From an uncultured Alphaproteobacteria bacterium (GTDB lineage: Bacteria > Pseudomonadota > Alphaproteobacteria > Rs-D84): a DNA stretch of 64,000 bases. Below, piece by piece: positions 9,640 to 19,000 of this stretch. A program made the position numbers and the translations under genes. Each line of letters begins with the position of its first letter. The stretch's first letter is position 1. The DNA lies in assembly GCA_944392565.1 (NCBI GenBank), contig CALXWX010000001.1, positions 1,444 through 65,443 of the forward strand. Direction: 5' to 3'. The notes under the pieces were generated by a model. That model searched no databases. It saw nothing but the letters and a program-made list of their open reading frames with translations, and had not been told where the DNA came from.

Positions 9640-11370
9640 ATGAAAAAAATATTCACATTTTTAATAGCAATCTTGTTGCCGTTTGGTGCATTCGCATCAG
9701 ACGCCCCAACAATCGATATACTGGCTGACGGTGATGCCAGCCTGTACGAACAAATATTCTTACTACAAAACGAAGAAGAAATCAGTGCGGCACAAAAACT
9801 GGAAAAACAATTAAATGACCCACTGTTAATGAACGAAGTTTTATATCAACGATACATCTCTGACACATATCGCACCCGTGGCAAAGAACTGACCGCATGG
9901 ATGGAAAAATATTACGACATGCCGGGTGCCGACAGAATGGTAAAATTGGCAAAAATTAAACAAGCCACGGTCCGCAAAGCATCTGTTCCACGCATAATCA
10001 GTGGTGGCGCATCAATTGAAACCGCCCAATCAGAAACATGGACCGCAAAAAAATATACCGGCGATACAGAAAAAAAGATAACACAATTCAAACGCGCCAT
10101 ACGCAGTGGTTCGACAAAACGCGCCCGATTAATACTGGAAGATTCATCATTTAAACGCAAATTAACCGAATCTGATTATGGTCGCCTGGCGGGTCGCTTG
10201 TCATTTATATACTATACAAATGGTGAATTTGAACTGGCAAAGAAATGGGGATTTGTTGCCGCGGACGCAAAATCAGAATACGGTCTGTGGGCAATGGGAT
10301 TGCTGTATTACAAAGAAGAAAAATTTGACGAAAGCGAAAAATATTTCAGTGCAATATTGGATTTGGATCAAATAAATAATGCCCGCAAGACCGAGGCTGC
10401 ATTCTGGGCAGGTCGCGCCGCCGATGCCGATGGCGACCGCAGCGCGGCAAAAAAATACTGGCAAATTGCGGCGACGCACCCAATGGCATTTTATGGTGCA
10501 TTGGCATCTGTAATGCTGGGACATACACCACGATATGAATTTTTTGAACAAGATTGCACAGATGAAGATATTGATGAACTGCGCGAAACAAAATATGGCA
10601 AAATTGCCCTGGGACTGTTACAGGTTGGTCAAAAAGATCGCGCTGAATTATACCTGAAATATATGATAACACCAAAAGTATCTGACCGCACACTGCATGC
10701 AATTAATTCTGTGGCAACCGCATACGGTCTGCCCCGTGTATCAATCCAGGCATCCAGTTTAATCCAAGATCGTGGCATTTTGGAAATTGATGATGATATT
10801 ATTTATTCTGCGCAATACCCATTGCCAGACTGGGAACCAATGGGTGGGTGGTCAATTGACCGCGCGTTATTACTGGCAATCACGAAACAAGAAAGCGGAT
10901 TCCGCACAAATGCAAAATCTGGCGCAGGCGCAAATGGATTAATGCAAATTATGCCAGGAACCGCAAAACGCGTTGCCCGCGAGAATAAGGTTGATATGTC
11001 TGAAATCGACATGCAAAATCCAGAACACAATATGTTCTTGGGTCAACAATACATTGTCGATTTATTGGCACACCCAAATATAAAGAATAATATAATAAAA
11101 ATGTTGGCGGCATATAATGCCGGCATGGGAACAATGGTTGAATTTGAAAAAATGTTCCAAACATATGACCCATTGCTATATATCGAAAGCTTTCCAACAT
11201 ACGAAACCCGCAGTTATATAAAACGCGTTATGTCAAACATGTGGTTGTACCGCGCCAGATTAGATCAACCTTTAACAATAATGCGTGAACTGGCAGAATC
11301 ACAGTGGCCGCTGTATAACAGCGAAGATGAATATGTCCAACAGCAAATTGCAAATCGCATGGCAATTTAG
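9640..11370 (+). CDS. slt: Soluble lytic murein transglycosylase (Slt family), secreted
   Basis: The signal peptide is MKKIFTFLIAILLPFGAFA. The catalytic motif ITKQESGFRTNAKSGAGANGLMQIMPGTA is present, with superhelical TPR-like repeats upstream. The ORF track start at 9628 is TTG; ATG 9640 was chosen. Confidence 0.8.
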   Translation: MKKIFTFLIAILLPFGAFASDAPTIDILADGDASLYEQIFLLQNEEEISAAQKLEKQLNDPLLMNEVLYQRYISDTYRTRGKELTAWMEKYYDMPGADRMVKLAKIKQATVRKASVPRIISGGASIETAQSETWTAKKYTGDTEKKITQFKRAIRSGSTKRARLILEDSSFKRKLTESDYGRLAGRLSFIYYTNGEFELAKKWGFVAADAKSEYGLWAMGLLYYKEEKFDESEKYFSAILDLDQINNARKTEAAFWAGRAADADGDRSAAKKYWQIAATHPMAFYGALASVMLGHTPRYEFFEQDCTDEDIDELRETKYGKIALGLLQVGQKDRAELYLKYMITPKVSDRTLHAINSVATAYGLPRVSIQASSLIQDRGILEIDDDIIYSAQYPLPDWEPMGGWSIDRALLLAITKQESGFRTNAKSGAGANGLMQIMPGTAKRVARENKVDMSEIDMQNPEHNMFLGQQYIVDLLAHPNIKNNIIKMLAAYNAGMGTMVEFEKMFQTYDPLLYIESFPTYETRSYIKRVMSNMWLYRARLDQPLTIMRELAESQWPLYNSEDEYVQQQIANRMAI

Positions 11371-11424
11371 TTTTACATTTTTTCATAAACTTTTTATGCA
11401 TATAAATATATAATTCATGGGAAT

Positions 11425-12081
11425 ATGAAACTGGAATCTGTTGGAATTTTAATAAACATGCGCCCAATTGGCGAACGCGATTCGATTGCCCGAATATTTA
11501 CCCCCGATTTTGGCGTTATATGTGGTGTAATGCGCGCCGCCCAAATTGCAAAGAAAAATCGCCCACTGGTTGGGCAATTTGGCACAATGACATGGAATGC
11601 CCGTCTGGATACACAGCTGGGTACATTTCATTGGGAACCAGAAAAGAATATGGCATCTGCATTAATGCCAATTCCGCGCGCATTGGGCATGATGAACAGC
11701 GCATTTGCGCTTGTATCAACATTATTACCAGAACGCGAACAATATACCGGCATGTACAACGCAACAATTGATTTAATGAACACGCTGCCCACCCAAAACA
11801 ATGTACAAACATACCTGGATTGGGAAACAAAATTATTGCGTGAAATGGGATACGGATTGAACTTATCTGCATGTTCTGGGTGCGGCACACATGAAAATCT
11901 GGAATATATATCGCCACGCACAGGGCGTGCGGTCTGCGCAACATGTGGCGCCCCATATGCCCCACGACTGTACAAAATGCCGCTTAATCTGGATATAACA
12001 CGCAAATTTATTGAACACATATGCATGTCCCAGGGCGCCGAAATTCCCCTTGCCCGCCGCATGTTATCTGGCATACAATAA
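11425..12081 (+). CDS. recO: DNA repair protein RecO
   Basis: The N-terminal OB region has RecO-like architecture. A C-terminal CxxC...CxxC zinc motif (CSGCG...CATCG) is present. Confidence 0.7.
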   Translation: MKLESVGILINMRPIGERDSIARIFTPDFGVICGVMRAAQIAKKNRPLVGQFGTMTWNARLDTQLGTFHWEPEKNMASALMPIPRALGMMNSAFALVSTLLPEREQYTGMYNATIDLMNTLPTQNNVQTYLDWETKLLREMGYGLNLSACSGCGTHENLEYISPRTGRAVCATCGAPYAPRLYKMPLNLDITRKFIEHICMSQGAEIPLARRMLSGIQ

Positions 12082-12163
12082 TTATAAAAATATTTATTTA
12101 TTCCTTGCGCCAATTATTTTTTTTCAGTATTCTTTTTTTGTTCAACAGACAAAGGAGAAAACT

Positions 12164-12997
12164 ATGACTTGGACAATCTTGGTTCTGGTGGTTGGTATTC
12201 TTCTGTTCCTGTTTGGTGGCATGCTGCTGCCAAAGGGTGATGGGAAAAAACCTTCGGCTGGAAATATTGTTATGGGCAAATGCATTAATTTAATTGCCAT
12301 TATCCTGATTGCGGGCAGTGTATGCCGCCTGTACATGCCATATTACCTGACGGCGGTAAATCCGTTAATCGTTCAGGAAATGGTCAACGGCATGCAAGAA
12401 CAACAACAGGCTGAAAAAAACAAACAGATTCGCAAATATGTTCGTTCCGAAGGCGACAAAATGATGCGTGATGCACCGGTTTTGGGTAATCGTGACGCGA
12501 AAAAGACAATCTATGTTTGGACAGACTTCTCTTGCCCATATTGCCGCCGCGTACACGGTGAAATCGAACGCGTATTGGCGGATCGTAATGACACACGCGT
12601 CGTGATAAAGAACTTCTCTATCCATGGTCCATTATCTGACGGTCCGGCACGCGCTGTTATTGCTGCAAATATGCAAGACCCAGCAAAAGCAGCCGAATTA
12701 ACAAACATGTTAATGACACGCGAATTCTATACACAAGATGACCTGAAAGACCAATCAACATTGGCTGATAAAGTCGAAGAAAATGTTATGAAATTCGCCA
12801 AAGAAGCTGGTCTGGATACAGAACAATTGAAAAAAGACATGGACAGCGAAACAGTTGCCCGTGAATTAAGAAATGTTCGCGACCTGGCACAACGCTTTGA
12901 AATCAGCGGAACACCATTCTTAATCATTGGCGAACAGGCATTCCCTGGCGCAATCCCGGCGGATCAAATCGAATCTGCATTGGATGAAGCGGAATAA
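12164..12997 (+). CDS. DsbA-like thiol:disulfide interchange protein (thioredoxin fold, CPYC)
   Basis: An N-terminal TM or signal segment is followed by FSCPYCRR and a C-terminal SGTPFLIIG. The Shine-Dalgarno sequence is AAAGGAGAA. The ORF track start at 12011 overlaps recO and was rejected. Confidence 0.75.
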   Translation: MTWTILVLVVGILLFLFGGMLLPKGDGKKPSAGNIVMGKCINLIAIILIAGSVCRLYMPYYLTAVNPLIVQEMVNGMQEQQQAEKNKQIRKYVRSEGDKMMRDAPVLGNRDAKKTIYVWTDFSCPYCRRVHGEIERVLADRNDTRVVIKNFSIHGPLSDGPARAVIAANMQDPAKAAELTNMLMTREFYTQDDLKDQSTLADKVEENVMKFAKEAGLDTEQLKKDMDSETVARELRNVRDLAQRFEISGTPFLIIGEQAFPGAIPADQIESALDEAE

Positions 12998-13015
12998 TAA
13001 TTCGCCTGAACATGA

Positions 13016-13085
13016 TAAAATCCCACCAACTGGTGGGATTTTTTTATTCTATCAAAAAAAATGGGGCAAATGCCCCATTTTTACT
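13016..13085. terminator. Two adjacent terminator hairpins (cccaccaactggtggg and atggggcaaatgccccat) between convergent genes
   Basis: Both hairpins were read directly, each with T-runs. Confidence 0.5.
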
Positions 13086-14250
13086 TGCTTTCCAATATTG
13101 CAATCCCCGGCAGAACGCGTCCCTCAATAAATTCCAAGAACGCGCCACCACCCGTTGAAACATATGTAATATCAGATTTTACACCACATGCCTCTAATGC
13201 GGCAACGGTGTCCCCACCGCCAACAATACTTTCCAATTTTCCGGCACGCGTCTGTTCTGCAATGGCACGCGCGATTGCAAATGAACCATACGACCATGTT
13301 GGTTGCCATTCTGCCATACCAACAGTTCCATTCCATATAACTGTTGCCGCCGAACGAATCGCCGCCACATCACGCTGTGTTGTTTTTTCGCCAGCATCAA
13401 TTATAATGTCATCATCTTCGATTTCCGTAAAATCTTTATTTGTGCGGGCGGCATCCGCTTTAAACTCTTTGGCAACCCCCTTGTCCAGCGGCAATAAAAC
13501 TTCACAATTATTCTGTTTTGCATATTCCAAAATTTCCAGCGCTGTATCTTTCTGGTCTGCTTCATACAGCGAATTTCCAACGCGCCCCCCCATGGCATAG
13601 TTAAATGTTGTCCCCAACGCACCGCCAATAATTAATTTATCAGACAATTTCGCCAATGCTTTTAATACACCGATTTTTGTTGAAACCTTGCTGCCGGCGA
13701 CAATTGACAACAATGGACGGCGTGGATTTTCCATAACTGCGGACAGATGTTCAATTTCTGATGCTAACAGTTTACCCGCATATGATGGCAGTATTTCTGC
13801 GACGCCAACCGTACTGGCATGTGCTCGATGCGACACAGCAAATGCATCATTTACAAATATATCAAAACCATCTGCCAATTTTGCGGCAAACCCAGGATCA
13901 TTCGCTTCTTCCCCTGGATAGAACCGAACATTTTCCAACAGTACAACATCACCATCATGCATTTTTGCCATAAAATCTTTATCCAAACAATCCGGAATTA
14001 ATGGTATTTTCATATAATCTGCGACCGGCGCCAACGAATACGCCATATTACGCGCGCCCTTTGGACGCCCCAGGTGCGCACAAATTGCGATTCGCGCCCC
14101 GGCATTACGCAATGCATTAATCGTCGGCATACTTTGCTGAATTCTGAATGCATCTGTAATTTTTCCATCAACAATCTGAACATTAAAATCATCGCGCAGC
14201 AAAACATACTTTCCACGCACATCCAGATTTTCAATTCCCCGCAGTTTCAT
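13081..14250 (-). CDS. pgk: Phosphoglycerate kinase
   Basis: Architecture is typical of Pgk. The start was trimmed to ATG at 14250 with a Shine-Dalgarno sequence AAAGGA. Confidence 0.88.
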   Translation of the reverse strand: MKLRGIENLDVRGKYVLLRDDFNVQIVDGKITDAFRIQQSMPTINALRNAGARIAICAHLGRPKGARNMAYSLAPVADYMKIPLIPDCLDKDFMAKMHDGDVVLLENVRFYPGEEANDPGFAAKLADGFDIFVNDAFAVSHRAHASTVGVAEILPSYAGKLLASEIEHLSAVMENPRRPLLSIVAGSKVSTKIGVLKALAKLSDKLIIGGALGTTFNYAMGGRVGNSLYEADQKDTALEILEYAKQNNCEVLLPLDKGVAKEFKADAARTNKDFTEIEDDDIIIDAGEKTTQRDVAAIRSAATVIWNGTVGMAEWQPTWSYGSFAIARAIAEQTRAGKLESIVGGGDTVAALEACGVKSDITYVSTGGGAFLEFIEGRVLPGIAILESK

Positions 14251-14854
14251 TTTCAATCCTTTCTTTTATTGGTTTAAAACTTTTTCGATAATGCTGGTTT
14301 ATACCATATTTTTCAATGGCGCGCAAATGTTCTGGGGTTGGATAGCCCGCATTTTTATCCCACGCATACATTGGGTATTGCGCCGCCAAATCACGCATAA
14401 TTTTATCACGCGTTTCTTTGGCAATAATTGATGCCGCCGCAATAGACAGCGATTTTGCATCGCCCTTTACAACCGTCATACCATTCAAATCCGGCGGCAA
14501 TTTGTTCCCGTCAATTAAACAAAATTGCGGCACACACGACAATTTTTCAACCGCCCGCCGCATTGCCAATAATGATGCATTTAAAATATTTAATTCATCA
14601 ATTTCCCCCGCACTGCATTGCGCCACCGCCCAAATCGTATTATGCGTTATCCAATCATACGCCGCGGCACGCATATGCGATGTCATTTGTTTTGAATCGC
14701 GAATAATAACGGGAATTTCAATATCACGCCGTGGGAAAATAACCGCCGCCGCAACCACCGGTCCGCACAGCGGACCACGTCCAACCTCGTCCACGCCGGC
14801 GATTAAATCAAATCCATAATTATTTTCAATATCAAATGTCGGACTTTCTTTCAT
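14231..14854 (-). CDS. rnhB: Ribonuclease HII
   Basis: DLIAGVDEVGRGPLCGPVVAAAV...DSK match the RNase HII motifs. Confidence 0.85.
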   Translation of the reverse strand: MKESPTFDIENNYGFDLIAGVDEVGRGPLCGPVVAAAVIFPRRDIEIPVIIRDSKQMTSHMRAAAYDWITHNTIWAVAQCSAGEIDELNILNASLLAMRRAVEKLSCVPQFCLIDGNKLPPDLNGMTVVKGDAKSLSIAAASIIAKETRDKIMRDLAAQYPMYAWDKNAGYPTPEHLRAIEKYGINQHYRKSFKPIKERIENETAGN

Positions 14855-14880
14855 ATCAACAACGATATCATAAAATTATG

Positions 14881-15140
14881 CACGCACGCAACTGCGTGCG
14901 ACTTTATTATGACTGGATCGCCACGGTCGCGATGCTCCCGCGCGATAACAAAAAGCACCACACCCAGTTCCCCTCTATGGAGGGGTGCCGCGCAGCGGCG
15001 GGGTGGTCAGAGGGTTCAAGAATGCCTTTCCTCTCTGTCCCCGGGTACGCCCCCACCCACACACCTCTGTCATTGCGAGTGAAACGAAGCAATCCAGTAA
15101 ATAAAACCCGTCACGAATGCGACACATTATTTACTGCAAA
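14881..15140. repeat. Full copy of the modular palindromic intergenic repeat element (modules 1, 2 and 3), preceded by the hairpin cacgcacgcaactgcgtgcg
   Basis: Module 1 is shared with 1522-1562. Module 2 (agcaccacacc...cccctc-ggagggg...tgccgcgcagcggcggggtggtcagag) is shared with 21885-21995. Module 3 (tcattgcgag...gcaatccagtaaata) is shared with 22116-22160. Confidence 0.7.
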
Positions 15141-15142
15141 TT

Positions 15143-15172
15143 AAAAATCGCCCAAATGGGCGATTTTTATTA
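15143..15172. terminator. Bidirectional terminator atcgccc-aaat-gggcgat
   Basis: Near-identical to the hairpin at 1591-1608. Confidence 0.5.
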
Positions 15173-15769
15173 TTCTGCATCTTCTGTTTTTTCTGCTGGT
15201 TCTTCGGCTGACTTTTCTGCCGCATCGGATACATCTGCTGCTTTTTCAGCGTCTGCCCCTTCTTCAACTTTCTTGGTACCGAATGTCAGAACCTTGCCCG
15301 CAACCAATGCATCAATTTCATCTTGGGTCTGGGCAACATAAACCTTGACCGGAACAATAACATCCGGATGCAGCGCGATTTGTGTATCAAACGCACCAAT
15401 GGATTTAATCGGCGCACCCAACAACACCTGGGCTGATTCAACATTAACCCCAGTCAGTTCTTTCAACATACGCGCAATATCGCGTGTTGAAACCGAACCA
15501 TACAATTGACCAGTATCACCAGCCTGGCGAATCATGTGCAGTTTTGCATTCTTGACCGCATCAACATTTGATTCCGCAGTCTTGCGTGCGGCATCTTGGC
15601 GCGCCTGTAATTCAGCCTTTTTCGCTTCGAACAATGCAACATTTTCGCGGGTCCAGCGCATTGCCTTGCCATTTGGCAACAGATAGTTACGCGCAAATCC
15701 CGTCTTTACTTCGACCGTATCGCCAATATTACCCAATTTTGTAATTTTTTCTGTTAAAATAACTTTCAT
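15170..15769 (-). CDS. rplI: 50S ribosomal protein L9 with an acidic, Ala/Glu-rich C-terminal extension
   Basis: MKVILTEKITKLGNIGDTVEVKTGFARNYLLPNGKA matches the L9 N-terminus. The ORF track start is TTG; ATG 15769 with a Shine-Dalgarno sequence AAGGA was chosen. Confidence 0.85.
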   Translation of the reverse strand: MKVILTEKITKLGNIGDTVEVKTGFARNYLLPNGKAMRWTRENVALFEAKKAELQARQDAARKTAESNVDAVKNAKLHMIRQAGDTGQLYGSVSTRDIARMLKELTGVNVESAQVLLGAPIKSIGAFDTQIALHPDVIVPVKVYVAQTQDEIDALVAGKVLTFGTKKVEEGADAEKAADVSDAAEKSAEEPAEKTEDAE

Positions 15770-15846
15770 TTTATCTGTCCTTTTTTTATTCAAAAGTTAG
15801 GGATAAATCCCAAATTAAAATTTATACATAATACCCATGCATACAG

Positions 15847-15950
15847 ATTGGTTAATTATGTGCGGGGGTGGGAAGTGTTCACCCCAGTCCCGACGTGTAT
15901 TAGACATACACGAGGGACTGTGAACACGACCAATCCCCACAGAATTAACC
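15847..15950. repeat. An ~105-bp imperfect palindrome between rpsR and rplI, with nested arms (ttggttaatt...aattaaccaa; agtccc...gggact; acgtgtat...atacacg)
   Basis: The arms were read and reverse-complemented by hand. The right arm overlaps the rpsR stop codon. Confidence 0.6.
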
Positions 15951-16172
15951 AAGATTGTTGCGAACGAATGGCATTAACCCCAAATGCCGCGCGCGCTTGA
16001 TGGCGGTTGCCAATTCACGCTGGTCTTTTTGGGAAACACCGCTGATACGCGATGGAACGATTTTGCCGCGTTCGGTTATATAGTGCGACAAAGTCTTGAT
16101 ATCTTTATAATCAATAACCTTGCCCTTTAATGGGTTTGATTTTTTACGATAAATTGCTGCACGGACTGCCAT
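15945..16172 (-). CDS. rpsR: 30S ribosomal protein S18
   Basis: The protein matches S18. The rpsF stop and rpsR start overlap (TAATG). Confidence 0.9.
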   Translation of the reverse strand: MAVRAAIYRKKSNPLKGKVIDYKDIKTLSHYITERGKIVPSRISGVSQKDQRELATAIKRARHLGLMPFVRNNLG

Positions 16173-16510
16173 TATTCTGCCTCTTCGTTAGATTTTTTCA
16201 TCATGATTGACGGTGTTTTTGATAACGCATGAACGCGTACATTCAAGAAACGAATAATATCTTCATCAATACGCATACGGCGTTCATATTCCGCAATCTG
16301 TTCACCCGGCAATTCGATATTTAACATAACATAATGTGCCTTGCGATTTTTACGAATGATATATGCCAGATTTTTCAATCCCCAGAATTCTGTGGATTTT
16401 ACATCCCCGCCCAGTTCTTTGATAACATCTGTGTATTTTGCCGCTTTTTCTTTGACCTGCGGTTCGGTCAGATCCTGGCGGAAAACCAGAACACTTTCAT
16501 AGTAAGCCAT
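16172..16510 (-). CDS. rpsF: 30S ribosomal protein S6
   Basis: [21 protein letters not shown] matches S6. The start was trimmed from an upstream alternative start. Confidence 0.88.
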   Translation of the reverse strand: MAYYESVLVFRQDLTEPQVKEKAAKYTDVIKELGGDVKSTEFWGLKNLAYIIRKNRKAHYVMLNIELPGEQIAEYERRMRIDEDIIRFLNVRVHALSKTPSIMMKKSNEEAE

Positions 16511-16603
16511 TTTATTTCCTTTGGTCTTATACAGCCGACGACCCCATGCCGCCAGCAGGAACACCGCATATTATGCCGTTTTTATTAATAAAATCAAGTA
16601 TTT

Positions 16604-18736
16604 TTATTTATCGTCATCAGGTTCAACACAGAAATTACTTATTTTCGTCTTTTCATTGCCAAAGAACACCCAGAACTGAACTTTTCTGTCCATTGCTTTT
16701 TGGTCCGGGGTTGGTTTTACCTTTGTTGCACATGTATCCCCTGCACTGCGCGCCTCTATTTTGTCGTCAGTAAGTCCTGTCCAACTCTCTTTAATATAAT
16801 TAACGACAGACTCCGCACGCGCCCGCCCCAGTGCATCATTCGTACAAATCCCAGACCCGTTTTTACATAAAGTACCACCGCGAATAATTCTGTCACTATC
16901 AGTATACCCAAACACAACTATTGTAAAATCAGTATTGGTACCTATTTCTGTTTTCATTTCATTGATGGTTCTATCCAACGTTTCTTTTGCTTTATCTTTT
17001 ATTGTCGTTTCACCACTGTCGAACAATGCATCACCATACAATTTAACAAAAGGCCTTGGTTCTTCGACCACTGGTTGTACCTGGTCAACAATTGCTTCAA
17101 CAACAACACTTCCATCGTCTTCGCATTTTTTTGTATCTTTATTCCAAGTTTTCCCGTTTGGGCAAACACAGCTCCCCCCCTCATCATCCCATGTTCCGTC
17201 CTCTTCCACACAAATATCTTCATCTGATGGTTGCTCTTCAACCGTCTCTTTTTCTGGCTCATGTTCCGGTGGGTTTTCGGTCACTTCTTCACGGGTTTGG
17301 TCTTCTATTTCTTTTAATCTGCGACGCAATTCCCGGCGTTTTTCTTCATATTCTGCAATAATTTCATCAGATTTTTCATCCGGCGCATCACGATTTATCA
17401 GCAAATTACCAACCACACCACCAACAATGCCCACGCCCGCCATAACCGCACCGGTTGTTAATTGTGATTTTGTGTCCGAACGCTGCTGCGCCCATTCGGC
17501 GGCATCGGCGCCGTCTGGGTCTGATAATGCACGCGACAGTGATGTATATGCCCCGTCCGTTATGCCCAATGATTCATCGTCATACAGCCCCATAGTGGCA
17601 CTGTCCAAAATAACTTCGGATTCTATGCCGGGTGTCATTTCCAGTGCATCTTTACGCGTTTTTAAATCCGCCGCCAGTTCCATAAATTGTTGTTTTAGTT
17701 CAATTAAATTATTCCCACCGGGTAATTGAACATCTGTTTCGCCACCCATAATATTGCGACCCTGACCATAATCACAGCGGAATGTTGCCAGATATGCCGC
17801 CATATCGCGTTCAGCGGCGTCATCCGCACGATTTTCGGCAATTGCCGATGCCAATTGCATCCCACCAATCCCAGTCGCCGCAATTGATGCACCACCCAAT
17901 AATTTATTTGCGGTGGATTGTTCTGTTTTTGTCATGGCACTTGCATTTTTCGCCAAATCAGCAATTTTTTGTTCCGACAATTCTGATTCTGAATCTGCAT
18001 CTATGATTTCATCTGACGCGGAACCTGCATCATTATCTGATGAATCTTCTGATGAATCTGATGCATCTGGCTTTTCTGAATCTGTTGTATCCCCACCTGG
18101 GGTTCCCAAATCAGTACCAGCCGCCCCATCCAAGGCAACTGCCTTATCTGCCTCTTTTAAATCAACACTTTCATTACCACTTGTCCTTGCTTTCCCGTAA
18201 TTCTCACCATTACATAAATCCTTTTCGTCGTCATCCGCCGCAACCTTCCTGCTTTTCTGCCCCGGTCCGATCAGAACACAACCTTCGTATTCTGTCGGCA
18301 AAAAATCATTACCACCACTACAATAAACTATTAAGTTTCCGTCATCGTCATCGTCATTCCAACTATATTGCCTTGCCGCGTTATCTATATCTCCATTTAT
18401 CCAACATTCAACTTCGTTGGCTAATTTACACCGATCCCCATCAATGGTACAAATAAAATCAGAAACATAAAAAGGCGTCCTCGCTTCATCTCCCTCATAA
18501 TTCTTAATATATGTACACGCCGCATACATAATTGGTTTCAGTTTTTTAACTTGGGCGGCATCATAATTATCTTCCGCACTCAACTTATAATCATAAATAC
18601 CCAGACACGCAGACAGCCAATGATCGCCGGGCTCATGTCCAATTTCCGACAAACTCACCACCGCCCCCAATGCAACATTTGGCGCCACAACCATTAAAAT
18701 ATAAACCAAAATCCGCGGTAATTTCATTCTCTGCAT
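16604..18736 (-). CDS. Large OmpA-family protein: signal peptide, extensive D/E/S-rich low-complexity region, charged coiled-coil, predicted internal hydrophobic helix, C-terminal OmpA-like peptidoglycan-binding domain
   Basis: The C-terminus (VVFGYTDSD...NDALGRARAESVVNYI...DRKVQFWVF) matches OmpA_C. The N-terminal signal is MKLPRILVYILMVVAPNVALGAV. The ATG start 18736 (MQRMKLPR) was chosen. Confidence 0.7.
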   Translation of the reverse strand: MQRMKLPRILVYILMVVAPNVALGAVVSLSEIGHEPGDHWLSACLGIYDYKLSAEDNYDAAQVKKLKPIMYAACTYIKNYEGDEARTPFYVSDFICTIDGDRCKLANEVECWINGDIDNAARQYSWNDDDDDGNLIVYCSGGNDFLPTEYEGCVLIGPGQKSRKVAADDDEKDLCNGENYGKARTSGNESVDLKEADKAVALDGAAGTDLGTPGGDTTDSEKPDASDSSEDSSDNDAGSASDEIIDADSESELSEQKIADLAKNASAMTKTEQSTANKLLGGASIAATGIGGMQLASAIAENRADDAAERDMAAYLATFRCDYGQGRNIMGGETDVQLPGGNNLIELKQQFMELAADLKTRKDALEMTPGIESEVILDSATMGLYDDESLGITDGAYTSLSRALSDPDGADAAEWAQQRSDTKSQLTTGAVMAGVGIVGGVVGNLLINRDAPDEKSDEIIAEYEEKRRELRRRLKEIEDQTREEVTENPPEHEPEKETVEEQPSDEDICVEEDGTWDDEGGSCVCPNGKTWNKDTKKCEDDGSVVVEAIVDQVQPVVEEPRPFVKLYGDALFDSGETTIKDKAKETLDRTINEMKTEIGTNTDFTIVVFGYTDSDRIIRGGTLCKNGSGICTNDALGRARAESVVNYIKESWTGLTDDKIEARSAGDTCATKVKPTPDQKAMDRKVQFWVFFGNEKTKISNFCVEPDDDK

Positions 18737-19000
18737 CCATATAAAAAACGAACCTTTTAATTCGGCGATGATTGTTTTAATTTTTTTCTGTTTTCTGCCA
18801 CTTTTGGGTGTTGTGTGGTTGCCGAAAAAAAAAGGTTGGTTTATTTTCAACACCCTTTCCCAGTAATTATATCAAATTTACACATTTATTACAATGACTT
18901 TTTCCATCAGACATTCCGAAATTCATGCAAATAATCACTATTGACTTCGATTTACAAAATTTACTATTATCAAAATATAAATATAGTAAAGAGAGATTGC

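Noticed and set aside
12011-12163. Upstream start at 12011 for the DsbA-like gene, giving 328 aa and overlapping recO.
   Set aside because: The extension overlaps the recO 3' end by 70 nt in another frame and has no Shine-Dalgarno sequence. A strong Shine-Dalgarno sequence (AAAGGAGAA) precedes ATG 12164, which begins the hydrophobic signal or anchor.
14836-15144. Track ORFs 14836-15144 and 21900-22246 (MEGCRAAAGWSE… / MPRSGGVVREF…) as protein-coding genes.
   Set aside because: They lie wholly within the palindromic intergenic repeat element. Similarity between the copies is at the nucleotide level including stem-loops, and there is no Shine-Dalgarno sequence.
16935-17729. Long antisense or alternative-frame ORFs inside large genes. 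Examples are 16935-17729 (plus strand) inside the OmpA gene, 53937-54722 and 53091-53687 (minus strand) inside the autotransporter, and 47677-48207 (minus strand) inside the helicase.
   Set aside because: They are low-complexity translations (S/P/A-rich) of the opposite strand of repetitive coding DNA. No independent start signals are present. The sense-strand genes have clear homology.
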